DNA of 64,000 nt, taken from Dendrobates tinctorius. Taxonomy: Eukaryota. Position numbers and translations under genes: made by a program. The stretch lies in assembly GCF_039654945.1 (NCBI RefSeq), contig NW_027361674.1, forward strand, positions 3,162,001 through 3,226,000. Direction: 5' to 3'. Below are positions 35,929 through 48,663 of the stretch, piece after piece. A model generated the notes under the pieces. The model was not told where the DNA came from, ran no database searches, and saw nothing but the letters and a program-made list of their open reading frames with translations. How positions within the stretch are numbered: position 1 is the stretch's first letter; every line of letters begins with the position of its first letter.

Positions 35929-36860
35929 GGCTGTGTGCACACGTAGCGATTTTTAAGCGTTTTTGCCGCGATTTTCGGCGCGAAAACGCTGCGAAAAAGT
36001 TTAAAAATCGTACAGAACGCCCCTCATGCATTCCTATGGTATTCCGCAAATGCTGTGCTAATGCTGCGCTTTTTTCCGCGGCGGAATTGCATCGCGGAAA
36101 AAATCGCAGCATGCTCATTCTTTTGTGTGGAATCGCAAAGAATTGCCGCGATTCCGCACCCATACGAATGCATGAGAATCGCTTACTTCCCGCATGTGGC
36201 TATGCCCACCATGCGGGAAGTTAAGCGTCTCATGTGCGGTTGGTACCCACGGTGTGGAGGAGAGGAGACTGTCCTCCAGGCCCTGGGTACCATACCCCTG
36301 TAAAAAAAAGAATAAAAAATAAAAAATCGGGGTATATTTACCTTCCGATGTCCCGCGCTGCATTCCCGGCCAAGCGTTCCCAGTAATGCCTTGCGGCAAG
36401 GCCCTGTAATGACGTAGTCTCGCGTGACTCTAGCGGTCTCGCGAGATCGCTATAGCAACGCGAGACTACGTCATCACAGGTCTCGCAAGGCATTACTGGG
36501 AACGCTGAGGCCCGGGAATGCAGCGCGGGACGCCGGAAGGTAAATATACCCCGATTTTTTTTTTATTTTTTTTTTAGCATTTTAACATTCTATCTTTTGC
36601 TATTGATGCCGCATAGGCAGCCTCAATAGTAAAAACCTGGTCACACTTGTCAAACACTATGTTTGATGAGTGTGACCAACCTGTCAATCACTTTCCAAGC
36701 GATGCTTCAAATCGCTTGGAAAGTGCTTGAATAACGCACGCGAAAATCGCGGCAAAATTGCGATCATAATCGCTGTAAAATCGCGTTTTTTTCCGCGCGA
36801 TTTCTGGGAAGGAGTCCGGTTTTTAGTGAGCGTTTTAAAACGCTACGTGTGCACATAGCC
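35929..36860. mobile_element. Harbinger-like non-autonomous element of about 0.9 kb, copy 2
   Basis: TTA|GGCTGTGTGCACACGTAGCG ... CGCTACGTGTGCACATAGCC|TTA; appears nested in an older MITE ending near 37202. Confidence 0.85.
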
Positions 36861-37633
36861 TTAGGATTTTTCCGCGCAGAATTGAAAAAATCCGCAGGTC
36901 AAATGACCTGTATTTTTCCTGCGGATTTCTTTCTTTTTTATTGCGGTTTTCTTGTGATTTTTGTGCGGTTTTCCCCTGCGGATTTGTAGAATGGAGCAGG
37001 TGGAAGAACACACAAAAGAAGTGACATGCTGCATATCTTGAACCACAAGAAAACCGCGCGGAAAAAATCCGCAGCATCTGCACAGCGTTTTTTTTTCTAT
37101 TGATTAACATGCTACTGTACATCACAATGCGGATATGCAACGTTTCTGCACGGTAAAATCCGCTGCGGATCCGCTGGAAATCTGCATCGTGTGCACATGG
37201 CCTTAAGGTACTGGAGTACGATGCGTTTTACGAGGAATCCGTATCAAAGAAGTGACGTGTCCCTTTTTTTTCCATAGCGATATTTAGAAAACCTTTTTAA
37301 AATAAAAACTCCACGGTTTGAACAGTAATGTGGCTCTCCCATTAAAATCAGTAGGTTATTTGAAGCTATTTTTGATGTGGATTTTGGACCAAATCTACCT
37401 TTAATAAACCCTTTTTGAACATCGTTTAGGGGTCACGGCACACATTGTGGCCAAGGATCACAATGGTGCGGACCTAGGCTACCCTGAACGTAGATTACAT
37501 GGTTCTCTCTCATGAGTGACATTTTCCAATTGGAATTCATTCTGCCACCAGAGTTTCAGCAACCAGATGTCGAGTCTTTCATGTACCAATGTCGCACACA
37601 CCGCCTGGTTTGTTGCCTCCTGTCTCAGTTAGC

Positions 37634-38414
37634 AAAAAGCAAAACACAAATATCCTGAACTAAAAAGTAAAAAATAAACTGCAAACAATGCATAAAGGTA
37701 ATAATAATAATAATGGTATTTAGTAAACATAATTTTGATCAAAATAATGTACAAGCCATCCCGCCACGTCACGGCAACCCTTGTGGGACAGTCCCTACTC
37801 TAGTATTTAAAACCTTTTCACTTGCCAAGTGACGTAAATGTGAATAAGGATCGAGCGGCTGAACCACTAGTAACAGTGTAGGCCAGACTGGATGGCTTTC
37901 CCAGCTCAGAAAGCGGGCGGTCACACCCATATATGCACTGAATGCACAATGAAATGAATAAAAAACAAATCTGAACTGAGAAAAGTAAGTTAATGTGTAT
38001 GCACAATGTAAGTGCATATTAACACATGACCATTAACCAGAGAAAACAAAAAGCAAAAAACACAAATATCCCGAACTAAAAAGTAAAAAATATACTGCAA
38101 ATAATGCATAAAGGTAATAATAATAATAAGGGTATTTAGTAAACATAATTGTGATCAAAATAATGTACAAGCCATCCCGCCACGTCACGGCAACCCTTGT
38201 GGGACAGTCCCTACTCTAGTATTTAAAACCTTTTCACTTGCCAAGTGACGTAAATGTGAATAAGGGTCGAACGGCTGAACCACTAGTAACAGCTTAGGCC
38301 AGACTGGATGGCTTTCCCAGCTCAGAAAGAGGGCGGTCACACCCATATATGCACTGAATGCACAATGAAATGAATAAAAAACTATTTTTTTTTTTAATTT
38401 ATTTTTTTTTTTAT
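37634..38414. mobile_element. Retroposed insertion of about 1.8 tandem units of about 414 bp
   Basis: Unit starts at 37633 and 38047; flanked by the 14-bp direct repeat CTGTCTCAGTTAGC (37620-37633 and 38415-38428). Confidence 0.75.
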
Positions 38415-38713
38415 CTGTCTCAGTTAGCGCAGAATAAGATAGAGGGCATTAAAGAAGTCTGAGGGCACTACAAAATAATAATAGGGATCACTAGCCCCAC
38501 ACTTAAAACATGACTATGTTAATACTCAAGAAAAAAAGAAGTGTGTACAAAAAATGGCCAGGATCACCAAGAATACATTTCAAATATTAGAAACAATACA
38601 TTTTATTAAAGCGTGATTACACAGGATCACACAAACAAGGTACAGACCACATGTTTAAAACAATAAAAAAAAAACATTGAAGGTATAAACCATAGCACCT
38701 GAAGGACCGGTTC

Positions 38714-38916
38714 GGTAAAAGCCATTTAGGGGTAAAAGAAGAAGGCAGCAAAAAGCCTGTAGGTGGATGCGGAGATGCAAATACCCGGTCACAACATGGT
38801 GTGTGGAGACCACGCGTATCGCCACTAAGCGTGGCTTCCTCAGGGGAAAGAGTTGTATCTCCGCATCCACCTACAGGCTTTTTGCTGCCTTCTTTTACCC
38901 CTAAATGGCTTTTACC
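38714..38916 (-). repeat. Fold-back with a hammerhead-like motif in the loop
   Basis: About 65-bp inverted arms; the minus strand of 38810-38846 reads CCCCTGAGGAA-GCCAC-GCTTA-GTGGC-GATAC-GCGT. Confidence 0.55.
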
Positions 38917-40673
38917 ATATGCTAAGGTCCTTATATTTAAACCTATAGCTCAACTGACCCCATTGTTTAGGGTGTTTTGCATTTGCTCTATAAGGGTTCT
39001 CAGTGCAGCCTTAGCCACTGGACTTGAATATTTTGTCTGTTTTTGGGTAATTGACTTCATTTAGACTACTGGCTGATTGTCATTTGTTCAATATTGCGTT
39101 AATCGGTCACTCCAACCTGTAAGTCCCAACGTGAACCTATTCCCTAACCTTACCCTGCGGTGCTACAGTGACATAGTGCGTGGCATGTGGGGTGTCTGAA
39201 CCCTCCCAGCTGAGATATATTGTGAAATAGAAGGATCGGTCATCTGGAATTTCCATATGCCCAATCCTGTATTTTTAAAGGGTTATCTCCATCTTTGTAG
39301 ATGGGTATTGTCATATAGTGCTGGTAAATACAAGATATTTTGCAATTTACTGCTTATTAATTGCTTAATTTTCAGCCGCTCTTGAGACATTAATACAAAT
39401 AATGTAGAGAACGGGACCAGCACGTCTTAGCTATTGTGAACAGGTGCCAACCAAAGAAAACATAAGTAAAAAAAACAATAAGATTGCACCATAACTTACA
39501 AAGAATGATAGGACATTGAAGCTGCATTACTGGCTTGAGCCATTAACACTTTTATTTACAGTTCATTGCCTTGGCAACCGACTACTGCTCCTAGACAGCA
39601 GATCATGCCCAGTGCTTACAAGTTATTTTCTATTGAGCTTGTAAACCCTGCGCTGAAGCTGGCCAGGAGCGTGGTTTTTCATCTTAATTCAGGCCAGCTT
39701 CAGCACGGAGCTTGCAAGCTACGTAGCAGCGGTGGTCAGTCTCCTAGGAAACAAGCTGTAAACAAAAGTGTTAATATCTCAAGAGCAGGACATTACAAAA
39801 GTGCTTGCTTTTACTAATACTGGCCAATAATATCCATTTTAGGAGAATGAGAACTAACCCCTTAAGCGATGTTTGGCTGTGGCGGCTTCTTTCTATATCT
39901 TACAATGCATGCCTAGGGTATCGGAGACTTTAGCAAGCCTTTATTTTCTACTGGAAAAAAAGTTTTGTCAACGTAAGTTTTTTTCTTCCAGAAGCCAGGA
40001 GCGCCATCTGTCCCCTCCGCTGTGGTTAGCAGAACCGGGGAAGGCAGCAGCTGGGACATTGATGAGTGATTTCGGGATGGTCGTGGAATTTTACACTAGG
40101 CCTTTGGTCATCACTCGTGCAGACCAGCTAATGGGATGGAGATATTTTTGAGATTGGAATGTATAGCCCAGGAGGGAACGGCAGTGAGATCTGCCATAAC
40201 TACCTCCTACTTGGGCATTTTCCAAGTGGTCGATTCAGAAATGTAGTGCTTTGTATGCTCTCGCACTGGGCCTGGTAGCAAGTGGCACTATGCAGAAAGA
40301 GAAGCCGAGAATGAATACGTTTCACTGGTTCTTTTACTGTTTACTGTGGTCACTGTCAAAGTTCTAACGGTTGCCATTGGTAACAGACAGTTTAGTTGCA
40401 ATTGGTAGACACGTATGAGGGTGTCGTGTGCCTGCGGCGGCATGGGGAGTCTATAACAGACAGAGACGCTGTGATCGGCCATACGGCGTCCGTGCATCAT
40501 GTGACTTGCGATTTAGACACTGGTTTAGGTACAGGCGGATCAGTTTCTATACGTTCACACCTGAGCATCATACAAATGAATAAGCTCTCCGCTCTCTTTC
40601 TTCAAAGATACTTAGAAGGAATCTGGTCGTTGTTTTAAGGAATTGAGTGAGTTGTCGAGAAGAATTTAGATGG

Positions 40674-41054
40674 GTTGCTCTTGGCAACAGCGGCATTTAT
40701 GTCTGGTAGGTTGCTATGGGCAACTGCCCCACATCAGGAATCGCTTCACTGAAGACGGAAGCAGGTTGATATGAACAACTGCTACAGGGAATGAATTCTA
40801 GGGGTTGTTGTAGGCAACTGCGCCATGTCGCAAGAAATCAGATTGGTCGATATGGGCAATTGTTCCACTGCAAAAGGAATCCTTTGGTTGCTATGGGCAA
40901 CTGCTCCGCTTAAGAAGAAATCAGTTGTGTTGCTATGCGCAACTGCTGCAAAGAAGAAAAAATAGGTTGCTATGGACAACTACTCCATGTACCAAGGAAT
41001 CTGGTTGCTATGGGCAACTGGTTCACTTAAAGAGGTATCTGTTTCTAAGGGGAC
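40674..41054. promoter_or_regulatory. Array of RFX X-box-like palindromes
   Basis: GTTGCTATGGGCAAC-like cores at 40674, 40710, 40765, 40804, 40846, 40887, 40929, 40966 and 41004, plus a degenerate one at 41041. Confidence 0.6.
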
Positions 41055-41099
41055 CTGCGCTACCAATGGCGCCAGCAACAGTAACACCTAGGTAATGGC

Positions 41100-41460
41100 C
41101 CATGCATTACTACATCACCCACCACCATAACGTCTGTGGTCACCATGACGCACTGCTCCCCGGTAGTGACAGCAGTGGCCCTTCCCCCCTGCGCTGTCAC
41201 TTTAAGAGCGGACACATTACGTCATGGCTCGCCGCGGTGCATTCTGGGCGGGGAGGAGACCTCGCCATTTTCATTGGGGAGCAGACAGAGGCGGATACCG
41301 GCTCAGCAGCTGCAGGAGGAGGATGCGCCCCTGGACCTCGGCTGTCAGCTAGGAGAGGCTCGGGCCTGGGCCGGTGACAGGAGGACGCGGCATCCCCGGT
41401 ATAAAGCCCCGGACACCCCTACTGTCACCACTGAAGAGTACGGACCGCTGAACGGTACGG
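41100..41460 (+). promoter_or_regulatory. KLC1: Probable KLC1 promoter and non-coding exon 1
   Basis: CpG-rich; TTACGTCA near 41217; GC box GGGCGGGG near 41246; YY1 CGCCATTTT near 41263; candidate donor ACG|GTACGG at 41454/41455. KLC1 has a non-coding first exon in mammals. Confidence 0.5.
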
Positions 41461-41626
41461 CCGCCAGGGGGCAGTGCTGGCGCTATGCTCGGGTGTTATT
41501 GTGGGAGTGCAGCGGCTGTGGGACATGGCGGAGTACTGCTGCTCCGTCATAGGTCAGGCTGCAGGATGGAGAAGGAGGCCATGTTAGGTGCACAGTCATG
41601 GAGGAAGGGGCTGCATGGGTGTGGGG

Positions 41627-42897
41627 GCTGGTGTAATGATGGACGCTGCACTGATACTGGGGGGTCTGGTGTAATGATGGACGCTGCACTGATACTGGGG
41701 GGTCTGGTGTAATGATGGATGCTGCACTGATACTGGGGGGTCTGATGTAATGATGGATGCTGCACTGATACTGGGGGGTCTGATGTAATGATGGATGCTG
41801 CACTGATACTGGGGGGTCTGATGTAATGATGGATGCTGCACTGATACTGGGGGGTCTGATGTAATGATGGATGCTGCACTGATACTGGGGGGTCTGATGT
41901 AATGATGGATGCTGCACTGATACTGGGGGGTCTGATGTAATGATGGATGCTGCACTGATACTGGGGGGTCTGGTGTAATGATGGATGCTGCACTGATACT
42001 GGGGGGTCTGATGTAATGATGGATGCTGCACTGATACTGGGGGGTCTGGTGTAATGATGGACGCTGCACTGATACTGGGGGGTCTGGTGTAATGATGGAC
42101 GCTGCACTGATACTGGGGGGTCTGGTGTAATGATGGATGCTGCACTGATACTGGGGGGGTTCTGGTGTAATGGATGGTGGCTGCACTGATATGGGGGGGT
42201 TGTGGTGTAATGGATGGTGGCTGCACTGGTATGGGGGGCTTGTGGTGTAATGGATGGTGGCTGCACTGATATGGGGGGCTTGTGGTGTAATGGATGGTGG
42301 CTGCACTGATATGGGGGGCTTGTGGTGTAGTGGATGGTGGCTGCACTGGTATGGGGGGCTTGTGGTGTAATGGATGGTGGCTGCACTGATATGGGGGGCT
42401 TGTGGTGTAATGGATGGTGGCTGTACTGATATGGGGGGCTTGTGGTGTAATGGATGGTGGCTGTACTGATATGGGGGGCTTGTGGTGTAATGGATGGTGG
42501 CTGCACTGATATGGGGGGGTTGTGGTGTAATGGATGGTGGCTGCACTGATATGGGGGGGGGGTTGTGGTGTAATGGATGGTGGCTACACTGATATGGGGG
42601 GGGGGGGGGTTGTGGTGTAATGGATGGTGGCTACACTGATATGGGGGGGGGGTTGTGGTGTAATGGATGGTGGCTACACTGATATGGGGGGGGGTTGTGG
42701 TGTAATGGATGGTGGCTGCACTGATATGGGGGGGTTGTGGTGTAATGGATGGTGGCTGCACTGATATGGGGGGGGGGTTGTGGTGTAATGGATGGTGGCT
42801 GCACTGATATGGGGGGGGGGTTGTGGTGTAATGGATGGTGGCTGCACTGATATGGGGGGGTTGTGGTGTAATGGATGGTGGCTGCACTGATATGGGG
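41627..42897. repeat. G-rich minisatellite with two unit types (38 bp, then 40 bp or longer)
   Basis: About 14 units of GATACTGGGGGGTCTGRTGTAATGATGGAYGCTGCACT, then about 18 units of TTGTGGTGTAATGGATGGTGGCTGCACTGATAT(G)n. Confidence 0.95.
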
Positions 42898-45800
42898 ATT
42901 TTCTATGTAATAGGGAAAAGAATCTCCATTACTGACGACAATGTTGCCCCTATGTTTTTCTGTGAGCCTCCGTAGTAATGGCCCAGACACTTCCTGTGAG
43001 AGATGCAGACATTGTATCGTATCAGTGACCGTCATTGCTCTTCAGGATGATGTACGTTACGTAGTTGTGGGTGCAGAGTGCGGCGGCCCTCGTCTGTGAA
43101 GTTGATCTTGTCATCGAACACGTGTTAGAGGTGGGGAGCAGCGATGTGCGGCTCAAGATGCTCCATTGTCCTTGGTTGTACCGTTCTGCTACAGTCCCAG
43201 AGATGGAGGAAGTATTATCACGGGGTCGTGCTGTTGGATCGATACAGGGAGCATGGCAGTTCCATCCATCTTGTTCTGTGGATACTTTGTGTTTTTATGG
43301 GTGCTGTGCAGTGATGGGGTTATTAGGTTTAGACTGCATTGTCCTGGCGGGGGTGTCTAGTTGGAGGAGAAACGTTTAGATGCCCAATATGAGGGTCTTT
43401 CAGTATTACAAAACACCAATCTCACGGGACACGTCATGAATACTTGGAAATGTCCTGGCTTCTCGATTGATGAAGATTGTGAACTGGAAATGACCCGCTA
43501 AGGACCGGAGTTCTACTGATGGCACTTTAGGTCGAGTGGCACCAATTATACAGGTAGACAACACCAGAAAGATGAATTTAAAGGGAACCTGCCACAACAA
43601 ATTTGCAGTCCGATCTCTGGACACTCTCTGATCAAGAGTGGGAAGAGCTGAGCAGATTGATCTATGTCCCGTATATTCAGTATAACTTGTAGTCTATCCA
43701 TTTAATTCATGCTTATTCTGGGTTTAGGAGACCAATGGGCATCTTAATCTGTGATCAAAAGTTATCTCTAGGCACGCCATTTTCGGTGGAGGTTGTCAAT
43801 CACTGATTAAGACCGCCCCCTTGACCCCTAACCACAGAATGAGCAGGGATCCCAGTGGATAAATAACAAGTTAGACTGAATATTTGCCTACAAACCGATA
43901 TATCAGTCTTCTCCTCTTTACAAAATGCCGCCCATAAGGTGACAGCGATGGTTGCCTCGGCACGGGGCCGTCCTTTCTGGTCTTGCTTCTCCTCAGCCAT
44001 TTGCAGATTTTGGCAGACTGGAGGATGTCCCCTAGAAACAACGAGATAACTACTACATAGATAAACCTGGTCTGCAACATGTGACTCCCGCCCGTAGCTG
44101 TGGTGGGATTACTGCGGCCGAGGTTGCAAGGACTGTCAGTTTGACTCTTTGGCTTGGATCATCTCTTGTGATTATCCCTCCGGAGAGCAGGTGGATCGGC
44201 AGCAGTGAGTCATTGTGGGTATACACCTACTGATTCACCTGGCTGGATATGCTGCAGAATCTGCCTCTCCTGGTTATCCTCCTGATATTGGGATGTCTGG
44301 GTCAGAGCTCAGCTATTTTGGCCTTGTCTCCCCCCCCCCCCCCCCCCCCCCCCTCCTAGTGGGAATGGAGCTACATGACGGATTGTGGGGTTCATGCTTG
44401 TTTGTTAATATATGCCCCGGTGTCAGTGCCATGCATCACCCCCCCCCCCCTCCAGATCCAATCCAGAATAATATAAAGCAATGCTAGTCATGTGCAGAGA
44501 GGACAATACGGAGGGTAAAATGGTGTCCATGTAGGAATACCTGCATCACAGCTGCTGTCTTCTATAGAGCAGCTGCAGGGGCATTGTGCTACACTTAAAG
44601 GGGCTCTCCAAATTCCTAAAATAAAAAAATCCGGTGTGCGCTGTATGCATAGTCGCCCGTGCCTCTTCAGTCTCTTTTTTTTTTTTTTTTTATCCGTTTG
44701 TCCTGCCCACCCCTGTTTTCACATGTTGATATGGGGGGGGGGGAAGCAGGTGGACCACTCAAGACATGAAGCTATCAATCCCATGCTTTGATTTAAAAGC
44801 CCATCCACCTTTACAGCGCTAGTCTTCGTCCCTGTCGTTCAGGAGGAGCTGATCATGGCAGTATGAAACATGACAGACAGAAGTGATCGGCAGAGAAGAC
44901 CCAATTTTCAGAGCTGGATTAACCCCCTTTAAAGGGTCTGTATCTGAGGCGGATCAAGTGCCTGCTGTGGGACCCCATGGATTTAAAGGTATGTCCCAGG
45001 ATGGCTTAATTCATGCCATATTGGCACCGAAGTGTGGGTATGGGGTACTCAGCCCAGAGGGGCACGGAAAGGAGATGCGAGCTTGTTTTGATATGGCTGT
45101 CCTTAAAGGCCCCCTACAAAACTGGATGGTTTGTCGGTGGGAAAAAAAAAAAAGAATGGTAGTGTAAGAGGGAAGGGTTAATAAAATTCTTCCAGGGTAG
45201 AAACAATATTGCGGTAGGAAGGGGCAATTATTGTGCCAGGGAAGGTTATAGTGCGTTATTGTGCGGGAGGGAACAGGTGGATGTGATGTGGGGTTAGACT
45301 ATAGTGCGGGGGTGCATTGAGAACTGCAGGAAAATAATAGCTAATGCACGCTGTTTTGATGCATTCTTTTTTGCAAGTAAATTATGTTAAAAAAAATCAT
45401 TAATCCACCATAAAAGTGCACGGCACACTGTTTACTTCTGGTGTTTTGAGGGGGTAGGAGAGGGGTATGATGCATGGTCCCCTGCATGCCATGCAGTGGC
45501 ACACGGTGGCGGCTTTGTTAGGTACATTACTGCAGAGGGCACGGACTGCCCGTAAACCTTCACGTCAGCACATGGCAACCGCTTTTCCCGTTGCAAGGTT
45601 ACGTGTGCAGAGTTTCTCTTGGTTGCTGCGCTTTATTAATGAGATGGGGCCTGCTCCTTATTCTGGGCTGTCCTCGGCACACCCTGCCAGTGATGCATCG
45701 GGCACCGTCACCCTGCTGCCTCAGACAATGGAGCCTGGCAACAAAGAGAGGCGCACGGGCTCCGATGTGAGAGCCGAGCCGCATGCCCGCATTGTTATTC

Positions 45801-48629
45801 AGGTGGTGCCACGGCCTCCCGGGCGCACTGATTGTGATCTGCGCTGGATGCCCGTGTAATTCTCCGGGGCTGCTCTGATGATTGCTCTATTTAATCCCAT
45901 TTTCTGGCTGTCTGGTGTAATTGCTCTCTTAACCCTTTCTGCTGAGTTAGCTCCTGGATGGGGTTTGCCGGAGACTTTTCTTTTATAGAATCATGTGTAA
46001 TGTTGCCCTTTTCATGTCCGGTTTCTCAGCTAGGAAATTCCAAGGGCTTGTATGAGATGAGGAGGGGGCTCCTTAATTTCCAGACTCCTTTCCAGCATCT
46101 GTGTATTGCACAGGGGCTTTCTTGTGGCTTTCTACCAATATTGCTAAAGTCTTTCTTTATGTGGTACATTATTGCACCCATTTTTGTTAAATCGTTTAGG
46201 ACAGTGCTAAACTAAAAAAAAAAAAAAATATACCTTGCTCACCTCTGTAATCCCCCACAACTCTAATGGTTCCCCCATATGACTGCAGTAATGGCATTGC
46301 ATAAATTTGTTACCACTGCAGCCAGTCACTGCCCCTCATAGGCCTTGTGCCCTCATTGCTGGCATCCATGCCAAGGATAGTGATCGGCCACAGAAACCCA
46401 GGGTTATCTATGGGAGACCACCCGGGACTCAAGCCAAAAGATCTGTAGGACCCAATCCATGTCTGCTGGACCAGATCCCCTGCAAATCTCCTCCTAGCTG
46501 CTGAGTAGTAGGCCTGGCTAGATGTTGTTGCGCTGCTAGCTCTGTGACCATGGACTACTGGTGTGCCTGTACTAAGATGACCATAGAAATCCATGGATCC
46601 AGGCAGGAAAACGAGTGTTTGCCCTGCAGTGCAGGAAGGTTTGGATCTTCTTGGCTATTATATGGCAGCTTCTCCAGGTCTTCCAGAGCACAGTGCAGAG
46701 ATATCCCTGCTGTATACTGGAGAGACCTCAGCTGGAGACCAGTCCTGGCAACCGAGAAGCTTCTTGAATGTCTGTTCCCCTGAGACATCTAATAGCTGCA
46801 GTAAATGAGCCGTCTATCTTCTCCTTTACCATTGCAGTAAGAAAATGTACGGCTCCATCAAGCCCAGACCAGTCACACCCTGATATACGTACATACCTAC
46901 TGCAAGGAATGGCTGTTGCCGAATACCATATGTGAGCGTACCGGATAATCTCGTCTGCAGAGAAGGGAACATCTGGCTGAAGATATAGATGAAAGGAGCC
47001 CACCTCTGTGGCTTATGCAAAAATAAAATCCTCACATACATTGTACTTGGATGCAATTACGTTAGAATATCAATAGTTATCTGGTAATTTAACTTTCCCG
47101 TATCTTTCCCCAAAAAGGGTTGTTGTCTAGCACTGCACGGCGCATATCATGGTCTTGTATCCCAGCTTAGCTCCCTACCTCAAGGGATCCCCCTCACTGT
47201 CTTATGTGACATGACTGGCTGCAGCAGGAGCCTCCCCCCCCACTGCTCTGTCTGCAGTGGTACAAAAACAATTGTTAGACTCTACCCACTTCTCAGCTGC
47301 TTTTTTAGCTGAAGATGGGTTTGATCTGCAGGAGATTAACCCCTTCTACAAGTCTAACGTTCCTCTAACAGTTACTCAGATGGAGACCTCTTTCTGCAGG
47401 GCACAATAAGTGCAGACCCCTCGGCTAAAATGCTGATTCCATGGGGCAATCGTCCTCCTCCTGAGTGTGGAGGTAACATCGCAGCTCTCGTCATTGTTGA
47501 TGTGACTGGTTATGAAGGCTCTGTGTAAGTCACACTTTCCATAGTTACTATGGGCACTCGGAGCGTTTTGGCCACGTCGCACCATGTCCTCTGCTGTGTG
47601 CAGGAGTCTCTCAGGACGTGAGCTCATGCTTGTGTGGGCTACACTCCACTGACTCACATGTACCAGCTTCTAACGCTCCGCATCGTGTCCTCCCTGTTAC
47701 AAACACCTTTAAGCCCTTTGTAAACACTTTATCTCGTACAGTAACAGTCGAAAAGTACGGTCTTGTTGCCCTTACCCCTAACAACCATTCCAAACTGCTT
47801 TTGGTGAACAGGCCGACTCCACTCTCATGCTCTGTAATTTGCCATACACTTTTCTTTGATTTTCCAGTGGGCAGTACCTCTTCATCTTCATTCAGCCAGC
47901 ATTATCAGTGCAGGGCATTCCTTACCTTTAATTCTCAGCATGCATTGCTCCTCTCATTATCCTATTACTTGCTTGTCCTAAACTGAAATCTTGCCTGTAT
48001 GCAGTTTATCGTACAAGAAAAGAGGAGCAGGGGCGCGCGGGCCCCAGCATTGATCATTTATAGTTCCGATATATAGATGAATGTTATATTAGACTTTGCG
48101 TCCATAGTTTAAAAAAAAAATAAAACATAACACTCCTGCCTTATTTGTATATACGATATAGACTAGATTTCTGGTGCATTGTATCTCTACAAAAAGTGTC
48201 CTCTGCCTACACAGCCATGTAACTGTTTTCAGAAGGTTAAGTTCCCATGATGACTATTTGCCACTGCCTAGTTTCTGTTCCAAAAGAAAAAAATGCAGCA
48301 TATTACTGCTCCTGCAAAGTGGATGGGATTTATAGAAATCTCACTTTTCTGCTATGTAAACTGACCTGCGGGCCGTGTTTCAAGTCCGCAACATGTCCCT
48401 TTCTCTTTGTGGGTGCACAGAGTTTCATGTACGGATTTTACACACAGAATTCCATAAGATGCGGAAAATCCGCAGGCAAAAGAAAAGGCCTGTAATCTGC
48501 ACACCACTCTGGGAAAGCCAAATACCTGGAGAGAGCAGACTCCAGCTGCAGGAACAAAAATGTGGCATGTGAACATGGCCTAAAGGTATGTGCTCTCAGG
48601 GGGTTTTAGGACATTTTGGAGCAGAAACT

Positions 48630-48663
<34 letters not shown>

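Noticed and set aside
40674-41054. CRISPR array
   Set aside because: Vertebrate context, no cas genes, degenerate 15-bp repeats, and spacers that are partly homologous to each other.
41483-43035. Long Pro/His/Gln-rich ORFs (134-446 aa) on the minus strand
   Set aside because: They are translations of the minisatellite in several frames, with no splice or homology support.
46440-47990. Cluster of short ORFs in complex sequence (possible pseudogene or ERV relic)
   Set aside because: No recognisable motif or consistent frame; a translated search would be needed.
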